Positions 25,350-38,361 of a stretch of 64,000 nt of DNA are shown piece after piece (position 1 is the stretch's first letter; each line of letters starts with the position of its first letter). Both the position numbers and the translations under genes were made by a program. The stretch lies in the NCBI GenBank assembly GCA_030324005.1, contig JARDVH010000115.1:9571475-9635474 (forward strand), written 5' to 3'. A model generated the notes under the pieces. That model did not search any database, was not told the origin of the DNA, and saw nothing but the letters and a program-made list of their open reading frames with translations. Source of the DNA: Negaprion brevirostris. Taxonomy: Eukaryota.

Positions 25350-25797
25350 TTCACCAGGATGATGCCTGGGATGGAACATTTAATTTGTGAAGTGTGTGCA
25401 GGCTTGGTTTGATTTTATTGGAGAAGACAGACGATCTGACCGAGGTGTACAAGATTGAGACATGGACAGAGTGAACAAGGAGCAGCTATTCCCCTTAGTT
25501 GAAGAGTTAGTCATGAGGGGCCATAGGTTCAAGGTAAAGGGCAAGAGTTAGGGGGAGATGAGAGAACTTTTCTTCCCAGAGGGTGCTGACAGTCTGGAAT
25601 GCACTGCCTGGGAGAGTGGTGTAAGCGGGTTGCCTCAGATCCTTTGCAAAGTATCTGGATGAGCATTTGGCACACCATAACATTCAAGGCTATGGACTAA
25701 GTGCGAGCTGACGGGATTAGGTGGGAGTTCAAGTGTCTCTATGTTGGTGCGGACCCTTGGGGCCGAAGTGCCTCTTCTGTGCTGTATGATTCTATGG
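25350..25797 (+). mobile_element. CR1 LINE 3' end; other CR1 remnants at ~3565-3870(+), 21520-21860(-), 39360-40040(-) and 54444-54833(+)
   Basis: CR1 ORF2 C-terminal pattern (FTRMMPG...DLTEVYKI) and ggccgaag..cct.ttctgtgctgtatgattctatg tail. Confidence 0.7.
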
Positions 25798-28700
25798 GAT
25801 CAATTGAGCCAAATATTACACAAGTCGATGTAAATATTGATTCTTCTGAACCAAACATCTGTTTTTAAAAGGAAGTAGTATTTTATCTGGCTGCTTGTAT
25901 GTTTTGAAGTTACTTTCCAATAACGATTACATACTTGAAACAAGGCAGTAGCAAGACCTGTTTGAGGGTAAGGTGAGTGAGCAATTTATCAGAAACATGA
26001 GATTTGACTACAGGTTCGTAACTGTACTGACTTGAGAATGTGTTAGTTAACGCTGAATATTGCTAAAGATTGAAGGAAGCAAAGTCTGGAGATTATACCC
26101 CATGTTTTTCAATCTCAATGTTATGTGGTACTTGTTTTGAAATAGATTAATTCCCTAATGGCAGGGAACCTGCTATTTTGCATCTTGGTGGGAGAACAAA
26201 AACACCTGTGCCTTGCAACACCTCAGCTCATCTGCAGAGGATTCCCCTTACATTTGCAATTGAACCCAGCTGGAAGCTCTATCTACAAACATAGGAAATT
26301 GTCATGCAGGAAGAGAGCTGCTTATTCATATAACTGCCCCAAATCATGATGACTGAAGGATCATGATGTGACCCAATCCAGCCCCCTCCCCAATCCTGCA
26401 ATCATGTAATTGCCTGAGACCAAATGAGGGAAGGCAAAGCAAGACCAGTAAGGAAATTAATATTGTGGTAAATCCCCCTCCAACGCTTCAAGCAATTGGA
26501 CTCGTATAAACTAGCAAATGCAGCACTAACTGGTCCATAATATGGAAGCACTTGGGTGGCATAAAAATGATGCATTCTGCATTTTTATTGCATTGACATA
26601 GGAAAGCTGATAAAAGCTGTGTGATTTGTGCTGTTGTGGAATGCTTCAATGGTTGCAGTCACAAGCAATCTTAAAATGTGGTCAATTGAGAATGCATTTT
26701 AATTTTAGAAGCACTCCAATCCTCTTTATCAAGTTGTGATTGCATTTGCCTGGTGTAACTTCGATCTGAATAAGCCTTCTTGTGAGTTGATAGAAAGCAT
26801 GGTTGTACCAATGACAAAACTTCCTATCATCTCCCTGCTAATGTGCTCCCACGTTTGTACACATTTTCCATAACAAGTGACGTAGCATGGTACAATCAAG
26901 GTGTGATTAATTCATGAAATAATATCGAGATGTATATCATGAGATCAACAGTGGCTGTACTGAACACCAATATATTGCCTGACTCAACATGTCCTCCAGT
27001 AAATTGTAGCTAATCTTGCATTTAATGCCTTGTACATGAGTTTGCCTAGAATTCAATGACATTAAGAATTTTCCCACAAGCAGTGAAATGGTTGTAGCAT
27101 TTTTTAAAATCCAGAATGTTTCTTGAATTCCTCATTATAAGCATAGCTGTCTGGTTTTAAATACTGACAACTTTGTGGTGTCATGAGGGAAACTCATGTC
27201 CAGTGGTGCGAGGATAGTTTTTTTTTGCTGAAACTTACCAAAAGCAGCTATAAATTTCCAAATACTTTCAGCTTCACCTGTTGTAAGCTTCAAGAATGGC
27301 TGTGCTTTCTCCCTAGTTAACCAGCTTGCTCAGCCCTTTTTCCCCCTTCTGTAGGCATGTAGGTCAGAGGTTAGCAAAAGCAAAGGAAAATAAAGACTTG
27401 ATGTACTGGCTTTCACAATTACATACTTTTGAAACCTAATTACTGTCATGCAGGAAATGTGGCAACCAATTTGTTCACAGCCAAGTCCTAAAATAGCAAT
27501 GCAATAATGACCTTATGATTTATTGTAACTTAGGTTGAAGTACAAATATTGGCCAGGCTACAGGAGGACACTCTGATGTCCTTTAAAATAGTCCTGGGGA
27601 TCTTTCATGTTCACCTGAAGGAAAAGTTTGTTTATTAGCCACAAGTAAGGCTTACGTTAACACTGCAATGAAGTTGGCATGTAATTATCAGAAAATGGTG
27701 CCTCATCCCAAACACAGAGCCTCCAATGGTGTAGCACTTCCTCTGTTAAGCTAATTTATGCATTTAAATCTCTGATGTGGGACTTTGGCCCACTAATTTG
27801 CCAGGATCGAGAATGGTACCCACTGAGCCATGAAATGGCTGAATCTGAATAGAATGTTTGAACCCCTNNNNNNNNNNNNNNNNNNNNNNNNNNNNNNNNN
27901 NNNNNNNNNNNNNNNNNNNNNNNNNNNNNNNNNNNNNNNNNNNNNNNNNNNNNNNNNNNNNNNNNNNTGAGGTATAGATGGAGCATTTAGACCATTAATG
28001 TCCAGAACAGCATGGCCAGTAACAAATCATTTTAGTCTTTCAAAACTAAACACTAAATAAATCACTCCCACAATTTCCAGAACTTTGTTAAAAATTGATA
28101 TTGATGGAAAAAGAACTCACTGGCAATTTTTTATTCTTCTGTGGGATGTGGGCTTTGCCAAATTCCAGCATTTATTGCTCAACCTTAATTGCCCCTGAAG
28201 TTGGTGAGACACCACTCCCACAGTATAGCAAAGTAGAGAATTCTAGGATTTTGATCCAGTGACAATGAAGGAATGGCAATGCACTTCCAAATCAGGATGT
28301 GTAACCTGAAGGGTAACTTGCAGGTGGTGATGTTTCCACGTCTGCTATTCTTGATCTTCAAGTCGTTCAGGGTCACAGGTTAAGAACAAGCCATGGTGAG
28401 TTGCTGCAGTGCATCTTGTAAATGGTAAAACTCTCTCTAGAATTGAGATCTGGCTACCTCCATTCTATTGTAATCATTCTTCCTATTTGTCTGGGGATGA
28501 TTAAATATTTAATTTAGGATGATGAAACTTGTCAGTATTCCATGATTTTACTAGTCTCCAGCTGATATGGTCAAGATGCAGTGTTAGAGCTGAGCTTAAC
28601 TCGTTCATAGTCATGTCTATAATAAAAACAAAGATCCAACTGTTGATTTGTGACAAGACAATGGTTAGACAGTACATTGGCAAACACTCCTGGTTATTAC

Positions 28701-30019
28701 TACCCTTCTTCCAGTTTAATTCAGCCATATATGTAAATATATTCTTGGGTTCAAACTATTATTCTGCTCTGAGATGTTCTCATGAATGATTAGCAGACTT
28801 TGGTGGAAAACGGAGCAAACATCAAGTGTAATCACCCCAATGTGGACTTGGGTTCAAAGACTTCATAAAACATGCAGAAATGAGGGACTTGTGGTTGTCA
28901 TAGTGCACTACAGAAACAGAACACCAAGGACAGCTAGAAAGTGTAGCAACTATGATAACATTTCAAATGAAAAATTTTGAAATGATGCAATTTAAAAAGG
29001 AATGCAAGCAAGAAATGAAGACATGGGAATAATGTCCAAAAAATGTGTAGGTTGTGCTTTAGCCATGGTGTATGTACAAGTTTGAGGATAGGGCGGAGTG
29101 GAGTGACTGGGTCGGATGTTTTTTTGGAGATTCGGAACAGACTTGGTGGGCCGAATGTCCCCTTTCTGCACCGAATGGGTTCTATGGATATCTTACACGT
29201 CTGAGACCTATTTGATAATCTTGGCTTATTTGCCCCCCCCACATTGTTGGTTTTGTGGTTCTGAATATTTTAAAGTACATGGAGGGAATCTGTTTATGCA
29301 GAACTTTTCCAAATAGCTTGCAAATCCATATCCCTTCAGCCACATTAGTTAAGTGTTCATTTGTAGGTAAATTCCCCCTTTTGAGGTCTTGTAACTGGCT
29401 ATGTTGGAGCATGACACTAATGGTGACGGAGGACTATTTTTAAAAACAATGCTCCCTCAGGTTTTCATTATATTAACAACATCATAGTGGCAACTTGATT
29501 GATTTACTGAAAACCAAATGAACATGTCAGTTGGATACTGACAATTATTGGTATTTGAATTCTGAGATTAGCTGGTCAAAGTTTAGAATGACTATTCAAA
29601 GTTGGCTTTTCCATAGACCATGATTTGACAGTAGCCTGACTCCAGCAAGACAGCTAAAATGCTGTATTCTGAAAACTCATTCCTGCCAGTCCCAGGTCAA
29701 AATACATTTGTAAACGTCTTGCCTAACATTGCTCAAGAGCATCCCAAGTCAAGTCAAATCAATTCAATTCATTTCTTTTTGAATTGATTTAGACTGCAAG
29801 AGGTCACGCTGCAAATTTGTCTTGGAATTTTCTTGGAATTTACCCAGATTGCTTCTCTCAAAATAAAATTGCAAGTAGCCAGGTACAGTTGGAATAAGCT
29901 GTGTAAGAGCTGACTGTACTGGATTTGAGTGGCAGTCTGTGTTTCTCCAAGTGAATTTTTGCCATTAAAAGATAAGTGTTACAGAATATTCATGGAGTAC
30001 ATGGACTTTTCTGTTCCAG

Positions 30020-30214
30020 ATTCATCACGTTGCACAGAATGGAGGGCTATACAAAAAGCCATTTAATCAATCTTTTGAGGAAACTCCTATGCTTGTTGCT
30101 GTGTTGACCTACATGGGTTATGGAATTCTTACGCTGTTTGGCTACCTCAGGGATTTTCTTCGGGAGTGGAAGATTGAAAAGTGTCATCATGCTACTGAAC
30201 GTGAAGAGCAAAAG
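30020..30214 (+). CDS. SPTLC2: SPTLC2 exon 2 ([65 protein letters not shown])
   Basis: ttccag|ATT acceptor, AAG|gtaggg donor, 195 nt. [11 protein letters not shown] and [11 protein letters not shown] are SPTLC2-type rather than SPTLC3-type. Confidence 0.97.
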
Positions 30215-32835
30215 GTAGGGGCAGAATTTCCAAAAATGTCCCTTTTTTGTTAAAATATTGGTGCTAGATGAATTGAAAAACACCTTGCCTCATGTTGCAG
30301 CATTACGTACTCAAGGACGGGCCTCTAATTTCAATGACTAAGCATTTTCAGAAGTCTGGAACTTTGAGCAATAATCCCACATATATTTCAGTAGTAAAGT
30401 ATAGGGTGTGCCCTTAAGTATAAATGTAAAAGAAATATTTTCTGGTGATGAAGCTGCAACTGTCTTACTTTACTTTTGTATAGTGGCTTTGCCATACCAT
30501 TGCAAACAGGGATGCTTATTGATGATGGACACTTAGTCCCCATGCTAATTTATATCTNNNNNNNNNNNNNNNNNNNNNNNNNNNNNNNNNNNNNNNNNNN
30601 NNNNNNNNNNNNNNNNNNNNNNNNNNNNNNNNNNNNNNNNNNNNNNNNNNNNNNNNNTATTTTAAAAAAATCAAAATGTGATAGTGCCAGAAAAACAGCC
30701 ACGTAGAACAAAAAAAATGTTTAGACCGCTGATAGGATCGAACCCACGCCTGCCGTCGCCATTTCCTTGATGCCCATTTAATGTTGAGTCTGACATAACA
30801 TTAAGTAAAACAACAGAGACACAAAGACAGACAGTACTTCAGAAACTGCTGTATAAAAACCTAAATCAATTTTGGTCTTAAGTTATACTCTGCAATGGAA
30901 CGTCACCACTTTGTGTGGTAAGCAATTCCAAAGATTCATAGCCACCCGAGTGAACAAAGTTCTCCTCTTCTCAGATCAACCCTTTATCCTAAGACTGTGC
31001 CTCCTTAATTTAGATTCCCCAGACATGGGAAATGCTCAATGAAGCATAACCTTCCTCTTTTTATTGCAAGGTGAATTGAATAGAAGTGATACTAGGACAT
31101 CCATATACCTCTATCTCAGAGCTCTGCAATCTTTCACAATTTAAATAAGCTTGTTTATTATTCACAAAATGGACCATTTCACACTTTCCCATATTATTCT
31201 CCATTTACCAGATCTTTGCCCACTCACTAACTATCTATCTTTTATGTAGCCTCCTTGTGTCCTCTTTGCAACTTACTTCCCTACCTATATGTGTCATCTG
31301 TAAATTTGGTGGCCATTCCTTCATCCAAATCACTTATATAAATTGTAAAATGTTGGGATCCCAACACTGCCAACCTGAAAAGAGCCCACTGTGCATCCTC
31401 TTAACCAGCCAATCTTGCATCTGTACCAATTACGTTACCCACTATAATAGCAGCTTTTATCTTCAACCATGGCATTGTGGTTTATCCAAGGCTAGGTGTC
31501 AGACATCAGATTGGAGAATACCAGTCCATAAAAGATTGTTCATCAACCAGTCTTATCAGTGAGATCTCTTGCAGTCTAAATTAGCCAGTTCTACATTAGA
31601 ACATTTAAACACAGTTTAGCGGTCAGCTGTCTAGCATATCTGCCAAGTGATTTTGCTGTTACCAAGTCAGCAGCATTAAACTGCATGTTTGATATTTGTG
31701 CAGTGATAACTGTCCATAAAAACAATCTTTTATCATTTGGGATTGTTCTCACTATCCTCCTGAAATGAGCAACACTGTTTGGACTTAAACTTGCACTTTA
31801 GTTACTGCAGTCCAATCTGAGTATTGCTCATAAAAGAGACATGCTGTTAAAGTTTTTTGCTTGCATTCATCAGGACATGCAGAAATGCTTAATTTCAAGG
31901 GAGCAATAATGTATACAAGAAAAGGGTGTGATTGGCAAGTTGATTCTATTTAATTGAGGTGTTGCCATGATGTATGCTCCTGGGAATTGGCTACAATTGT
32001 TTTCCACTCAGACTTTTGATTAATTCAGAAAGGCGCAATGCCTGGACATGTTCCTTTTGCCGGCAAAAGACAGATCCCACAGGATATAAATTGTGGTGAT
32101 AATTTGACATTTGGAATTCTTGCGTCTGTCCTGATGCCTTTTCTTTTCAGCAATAATCAAGTTCGGTATCACCAAGCAACTATTTGGAATCCAGCCAACA
32201 GAGCTCACCTTTTTTGGAGCAAATCATACTGCAAAGGGTACTTCCCTCAGGACTAGCTTTTAAAAAAAAATTAGTTTTTCAGATTTGAATCAGTTGAAAG
32301 GATTTCCTCAGATGTGTATCTACTTATTACAGGAAATGTGCTTCCAACCAATTTGTCTTGACTGTTAGCACATACACATTTTCCAAATTTGGTATCCTGA
32401 TTTTACTTAATTTTTTCAGCTGCCATACCATGTTGTAATAGCCCTAAACCTGTTGTTTCTTTCAGTTTAGTGATTTAAGGTAATGTATTTGTGGAGTTGA
32501 AGTGTCTAATCTACAATGACCAGCAATCTCAGTCTTTCATTTTAATGTGAAAACTATTTTGTTTTCTTGTACCTGACTTTGTCTCTGACATTCTAGTTGC
32601 TGGCTAAGCAAGGCCTCAATTTTAAAATATTTGTCTGCTTTTAAATCCATTATGCCCTTGCCTGCCCTATATCAGTACTTTCATCCAACCTCCCAAGACA
32701 GCTGTCCTCATCTAGTTTTAGCCTCTTGAACATCCCTGATTTTCAGCAACTCGTTAAGCTCAAATTGCTCCACTAAAACTCTGTTGTTTGATCTCTCCTT
32801 TTTTCAGATGCTCTTTCCTATCTTTTTGACCAAGC

Positions 32836-33056
32836 AGTATAGGGCACTGGTGAGGCCGCAGCTGGAGTACTGTGTGCGGTTTTGGTCGCCGCACTTACGC
32901 AAGGATATTTTGGNNNNNNNNNNNNNNNNNNNNNNNNNNNNNNNNNNNNNNNNNNNNNNNNNNNNNNNNNNNNNNNNNNNNNNNNNNNNNNNNNNNNNNN
33001 NNNNNNNNNNNNNGGTAGATGGCCTACTCCTGCTCCTATTTCTTATGTTATGTTCT
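32836..33056 (+). mobile_element. Young CR1 LINE 3' fragment spanning an N gap
   Basis: YRALVRPQLEYCVRFWSPHLRKDIL with CpGs preserved; 3' end tagatggcctactcctgctcctatttcttatgtt is identical to 56425-56458. Confidence 0.85.
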
Positions 33057-35789
33057 TTTGATTGTCTGCCTTAATGACTTTGTGGTTGGTGTCTAATTTG
33101 CTTTATAATTTTGATTTGATTTATTATTGTCGCATGTATTAGTATACTGTGAAAAGTATTGTTTTTTGCGTGCACCTGTGAAGTACCTTGAGCCATTTTA
33201 TAACGCTAAAGGTGTTAAATAGTTTGCTACTCACCTTGCTCATACTCCATAACATCAGATTACACAAGTCTTTCCAAAGAAAGACAGATCTTCTGCAGTA
33301 ACTAATGACTCAGTTTAAAAGCTAACTGTGCAGACCTGAAATAAAAGCTGTCTTCGTTGGAAACTTGGCACTTGCGCAACTCTCAAACAGCAGCAAAACA
33401 GTTCGTGAGTTTGGGTGTAGCCATTGTTGCCAACATTAGTGCCTGAACTGGAATTTAATCAGGTGAAAATATGCAACTGACCTGATTGGTATTGTAGATG
33501 TCTGACACCAATTCCAGCAAATCTAATTATTCCTTTGTTGGAATTTTCACTGATGATCTTGGGTCCATTTGAGATAGGACCAAAAGATTCGGTGCTGGAA
33601 AGGGAGCGGGGAGCAAAAGAGTCAGGAATGATGGTCAATTGACAGAGGACCAAATTCAGGCTCATTTTCATTGGGAGTTGTTTTAAGCTTAAGTCAGCAA
33701 TCTGACTTGAACATAACAGTGAAGTGTAAACAATGAGTGTTCACTGAATACTCCACCGAAAGAGGCACTTGTTTTCCATTACTGACCCTCAGATTTTGCT
33801 GTGCCCCTATTACTGTTGGCGCACCAGCAGTGTTAAACTTGCTATTTCTTTATACACTGTCATTTTCCAGACCTAAAGTTATTAGAAGTTGTATTTTACA
33901 GAAGCGGTACTTTCAAATAGAGATGTTGGAGTTATGCATATAGTCAATGTTAGGAACTCTGAGGCCATGTCTACCCAGCAGCAAATTAAAATACCCTCAA
34001 TTGTGGATTCACTTCTAGTTTTGAAACGGAAGGGGAGGAAGGATAAACTAATTGCGTTTTCCAATGTTTNNNNNNNNNNNNNNNNNNNNNNNNNNNNNNN
34101 NNNNNNNNNGCCATAATTGTTCATCAGGAAATAATTAAAATATGATACTAGACACAAGTAAATGCTTTTCATACAATTTTCAGCCTGCCAACTTAGCAAT
34201 TAGGCTAGTAGCTCTGAAAGGGGAAAGAGCATCTCTCTGCATAGTGATACGATCCCTTTGGGGAACTGTAAACTAAAATAAAATTTACCAAAAGATTCCC
34301 ACGAAATGCCAACAAGATTTCACTTTCTTTATAACTTTTTACTTCTAACATAAATTAACCACAAATCAAAGGACAAATAAAAAGGTACATCACTTTGTAT
34401 AGTCAAAATGTCACATGCAAGCACCTACATCATTCCTTGCAGACATGTGGCAGCAAAGTTCCCTAACTCTGACTCGCTTTCCCACCCAATAGATTTGGCT
34501 CTCGAGACACATTCACCGGCTGTATTCCATTCAAGGTCCCCACAGATGGTTGTCACCCAAGCGATGCACTCTTGCAGAGCCTCCTTGGTTTAGGTTCACA
34601 TCAAATTCCTCTATCCCACCCTTTAAGCGCTATTAAATGGTCTGTTCAGCTCTGGCAAAACTGAAGCAGTAGCAGCAAGTGTGTCCAATTCACAAGCCCT
34701 GCTCTAATCTTTTAGCTTTCTATCTTGTTTTAACTCGCATGCTTACTTCTGTCTCAGCTTTTCTTTGCTTTTTGCAGCAGTAGCTTCTATGGCTGAGTTC
34801 TGTGTCTGGCCACACAGCCTATGTATGTAACCTGTTCCCATTCAACTGTTTTGAAATTCAGCTAAAATTAAGATTGAGCCATGAAAGTAGTTTTGTTGGG
34901 TTCCTGACAGTACTACAATTAATCTATGGTTCTTCTTTCATGCTGCCAGAATATCTGCAATACTTTTTATAGTCATTTCAAGAATAAAATACCCAAAAAC
35001 AGTTTCCATGTGAGAAGGACAGCATATTGACTTTGGAGCTCTGATGCCAGAAACAGTTAACCTCTTAACATCAATTGTCTGGGTGTGTAATAGCAACATG
35101 TAGCAGTGATGACTCTGAATCTGCCTTCTATGCTTTTTGATCATTTTCTCAATTCATATAACAATCTTGGCTACCTTGCAACAGTAACATTGTCCAGTCT
35201 TGATCATTCATAAAATCTATGAAAACAGACATATAGCTCACCCAACTAGTATCTATTTTTCTCCTTTTGTCTCCATACCAAAGTGTAAGCTTCTATTTTG
35301 ACCCAGTAATTGGGGTATTAGGGTGATGCCACCTGTTGAAGATCCTGCCAATACAAATTCAAAATTGTAAGTTTGAGCCCATCGTAGTTTAGCTTCAAGA
35401 AAATTCCAAATGCTATTTATATTATATTGTTTTGTGCACACTAGTCTTACTTTTACAATCTTTGGCTGTAATACAGTCACTTGATGCTGAGAATCTGTTC
35501 TGTGGTTCTTTATACTCATTCCAAGGTTTAATGAGTCCTTCGATTTTACTCTAAATTGTACTTAAAGGATCAAGCTTCACAAATCTTTACATTATGCTGT
35601 CAGGTGAACTGAAGTATCAGAAGGTCTTGGGTGGGGAGGAGGTGGCAGTGGTGTGCAGTGGATAGCATACCCAGCATCAGCCTGACTAACATTGTTCCAA
35701 GGTATGACATCTTAGCTGTTTCTGTGTGCATCTGGGATGTTTGGATGCCAATATATTAGTCTTGCACGCTCAAAGACCACTCTTAGAGA

Positions 35790-36503
35790 NNNNNNNNNNN
35801 NNNNNNNNNNNNNNNNNNNNNNNNNNNNNNNNNNNNNNNNNNNNNNNNNNNNNNNNNNNNNNNNNNNNNNNNNNNNNNNNNNNNNNNNNNNNNNNNNNNN
35901 NNNNNNNNNNNNNNNNNNNNNNNNNNNNNNNNNNNNNNNNNNNNNNNNNNNNNNNNNNNNNNNNNNNNNNNNNNNNNNNNNNNNNNNNNNNNNNNNNNNN
36001 NNNNNNNNNNNNNNNNNNNNNNNNNNNNNNNNNNNNNNNNNNNNNNNNNNNNNNNNNNNNNNNNNNNNNNNNNNNNNNNNNNNNNNNNNNNNNNNNNNNN
36101 NNNNNNNNNNNNNNNNNNNNNNNNNNNNNNNNNNNNNNNNNNNNNNNNNNNNNNNNNNNNNNNNNNNNNNNNNNNNNNNNNNNNNNNNNNNNNNNNNNNN
36201 NNNNNNNNNNNNNNNNNNNNNNNNNNNNNNNNNNNNNNNNNNNNNNNNNNNNNNNNNNNNNNNNNNNNNNNNNNNNNNNNNNNNNNNNNNNNNNNNNNNN
36301 NNNNNNNNNNNNNNNNNNNNNNNNNNNNNNNNNNNNNNNNNNNNNNNNNNNNNNNNNNNNNNNNNNNNNNNNNNNNNNNNNNNNNNNNNNNNNNNNNNNN
36401 NNNNNNNNNNNNNNNNNNNNNNNNNNNNNNNNNNNNNNNNNNNNNNNNNNNNNNNNNNNNNNNNNNNNNNNNNNNNNNNNNNNNNNNNNNNNNNNNNNNN
36501 NNN
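35790..36503. other. Largest assembly gap; many further 10-170 nt N gaps occur in the window
   Basis: N runs, most of them next to young repeats. Confidence 0.95.
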
Positions 36504-38206
36504 TCCTCCTCGTGTCAGTATGGGTTTCCTCTGGGTGCTCTGGTTTCTTCCCATAGTCAAAGGTGTGCTGGTTAGGTGCATTGGCCGTGCTAAGTTCTCC
36601 CTCAATGTACTCGAACAGCTGCCTAAGTGTGGTGACTGGAGGATTTTCACTATAACCTCGTTGCAGTGTTAATGTATGCCTACTTAAATAAACTTTAAAC
36701 TCATTGGGTCCACTGTTGAGGATACAATCCAACTGAAATGTAGTTGATCTCCCCAAAGTTACTTTAAAAAGTAGAGAATAAATGTTGCCCTGTTTATACA
36801 TTGTGGCACAATGTTTTGGCAATACACTTGGAGAAATAAAGGAGTTTATTATTTACATTTAATATGCTTACACAATGAATGTGACTCACTTGGGTGAGGT
36901 ATTAGAACTTGATTAGACATAAAGCATCTCTTGTAGACTACAGCATTTGGACCAAATAAAGGTGCTACTCATTACCATTTTGCTTCTAAATGTCAGTATA
37001 CGTGCAGTTAGATTTGTCAACAGGAAAATTTGTCATGGGGAATAATTTTTTTGGGGGGGGTGGCATTGGCAGTGACTGCAGTGGGGAAAGAGAATGTTTG
37101 GAATACACTTGGTGATTTTGAAACTCACCAGGCATATTTGCAGTGGAAACAAATAGCATTGTTTATGGGATGTGTATGTTTTAGCAGCCAGGTAAGTGTT
37201 AGATGCTGCTTTCTGAATTTCTGAGGTGGACAACTTTGCCCACCCAAATCATACACTTCATGCTGGGAAGTCTCTGCAGATAAATAACAGGTTTGCCTAA
37301 GGTTGGAAATTGTTGGAATCCCTCCCATCAGATTTCTGCTCCTGCTGCAGCATAGAAATAGCTCTTATTTGCTTACTATTGGACTCATTTCTTTCTTATC
37401 CATGTGAATATAGCTGTGTGTATTTTACAATTTCTCCTTGCCTTTTTAGTAATTAATAAACTTAACTCAACTCAATCTCATGAAAACTTGATTAAATTGG
37501 CTCCTTTTTTAAACATGCCTTTTCCAGACCCAATAGTTATTGAAGGTAAAGAGAAACTTGTTAGATTAAACCTTTGTTGCTACCAGCAGATAGTGGGTTG
37601 AATAAAGATGCTGATTTTTTATTCCTCAACCCAGTTTGTACAATTTTGGGGATATCCTAGCCAGAGGTGACAAGTTGAAGGGTTTCACCTGAACCAGCAA
37701 CTTTTGGGTAACCTCACCCAGGGCTGGTTGTAACAGTTGGGAAATGTTATATTGACTGTATAATTGAATCTTTGCCTGATTTATGTATTTAAAAGACGTC
37801 ATGCAGTTTTATTGCTAAGGAGCACAGAGTACAGGGCTGCTTATTGTTGGGCTGCAGAACCTTGCAAGCTTTGCTGATTTTTTTTAAAGCAATGAAAACC
37901 TCTTGGGTTGTATCTGAATTTAGTCAAATGATTCCAATTTCCATGTCACGGGTTGTAAAAACAACAGACTTAAGGTTTGGGCAACGTTTGTATGTGTTCT
38001 ACAATAGACAATCAAGCTCTCAAGTTCATTTTTACCAAACGAGAGTAACATTTGTTTAGTTTAATCATGTGGATGAATTATTAAATGCACTATTCTGTCA
38101 AGTATTCCAAGTTTGGAGCAGAAAATTAATTTTGACATAATTATTTCAATTCCAGAATAAGAAAAAGCATGGCCTTGGAATAATTCTCAATAATTCTTCT
38201 GTGTAG

Positions 38207-38361
38207 GATTTTGTGCCATTGTACCAAGACTTTGAAAATTTCTATACCAGAAACCTGTACATGAGAATTCGAGACAGTTGGAACCGGCCAATCTGCAGTG
38301 TCCCTGGAGCGAAGTTTGATGTAATGGAGAGAGTCTCCCATGACTACAACTGGACGTTTGA
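38207..38361 (+). CDS. SPTLC2: SPTLC2 exon 3 ([51 protein letters not shown])
   Basis: gtgtag|GAT acceptor, GA|gtgagt donor, 155 nt; conserved LCB2 sequence. Confidence 0.97.

Noticed and set aside
30722-30760. tRNA-like B box on the - strand (GGCGTGGGTTCGATCC)
   Set aside because: No A box or cloverleaf can be built; at most a SINE or tRNA fragment.
35712-36822. ORFs of 276-350 aa
   Set aside because: They are read-through of an N gap.
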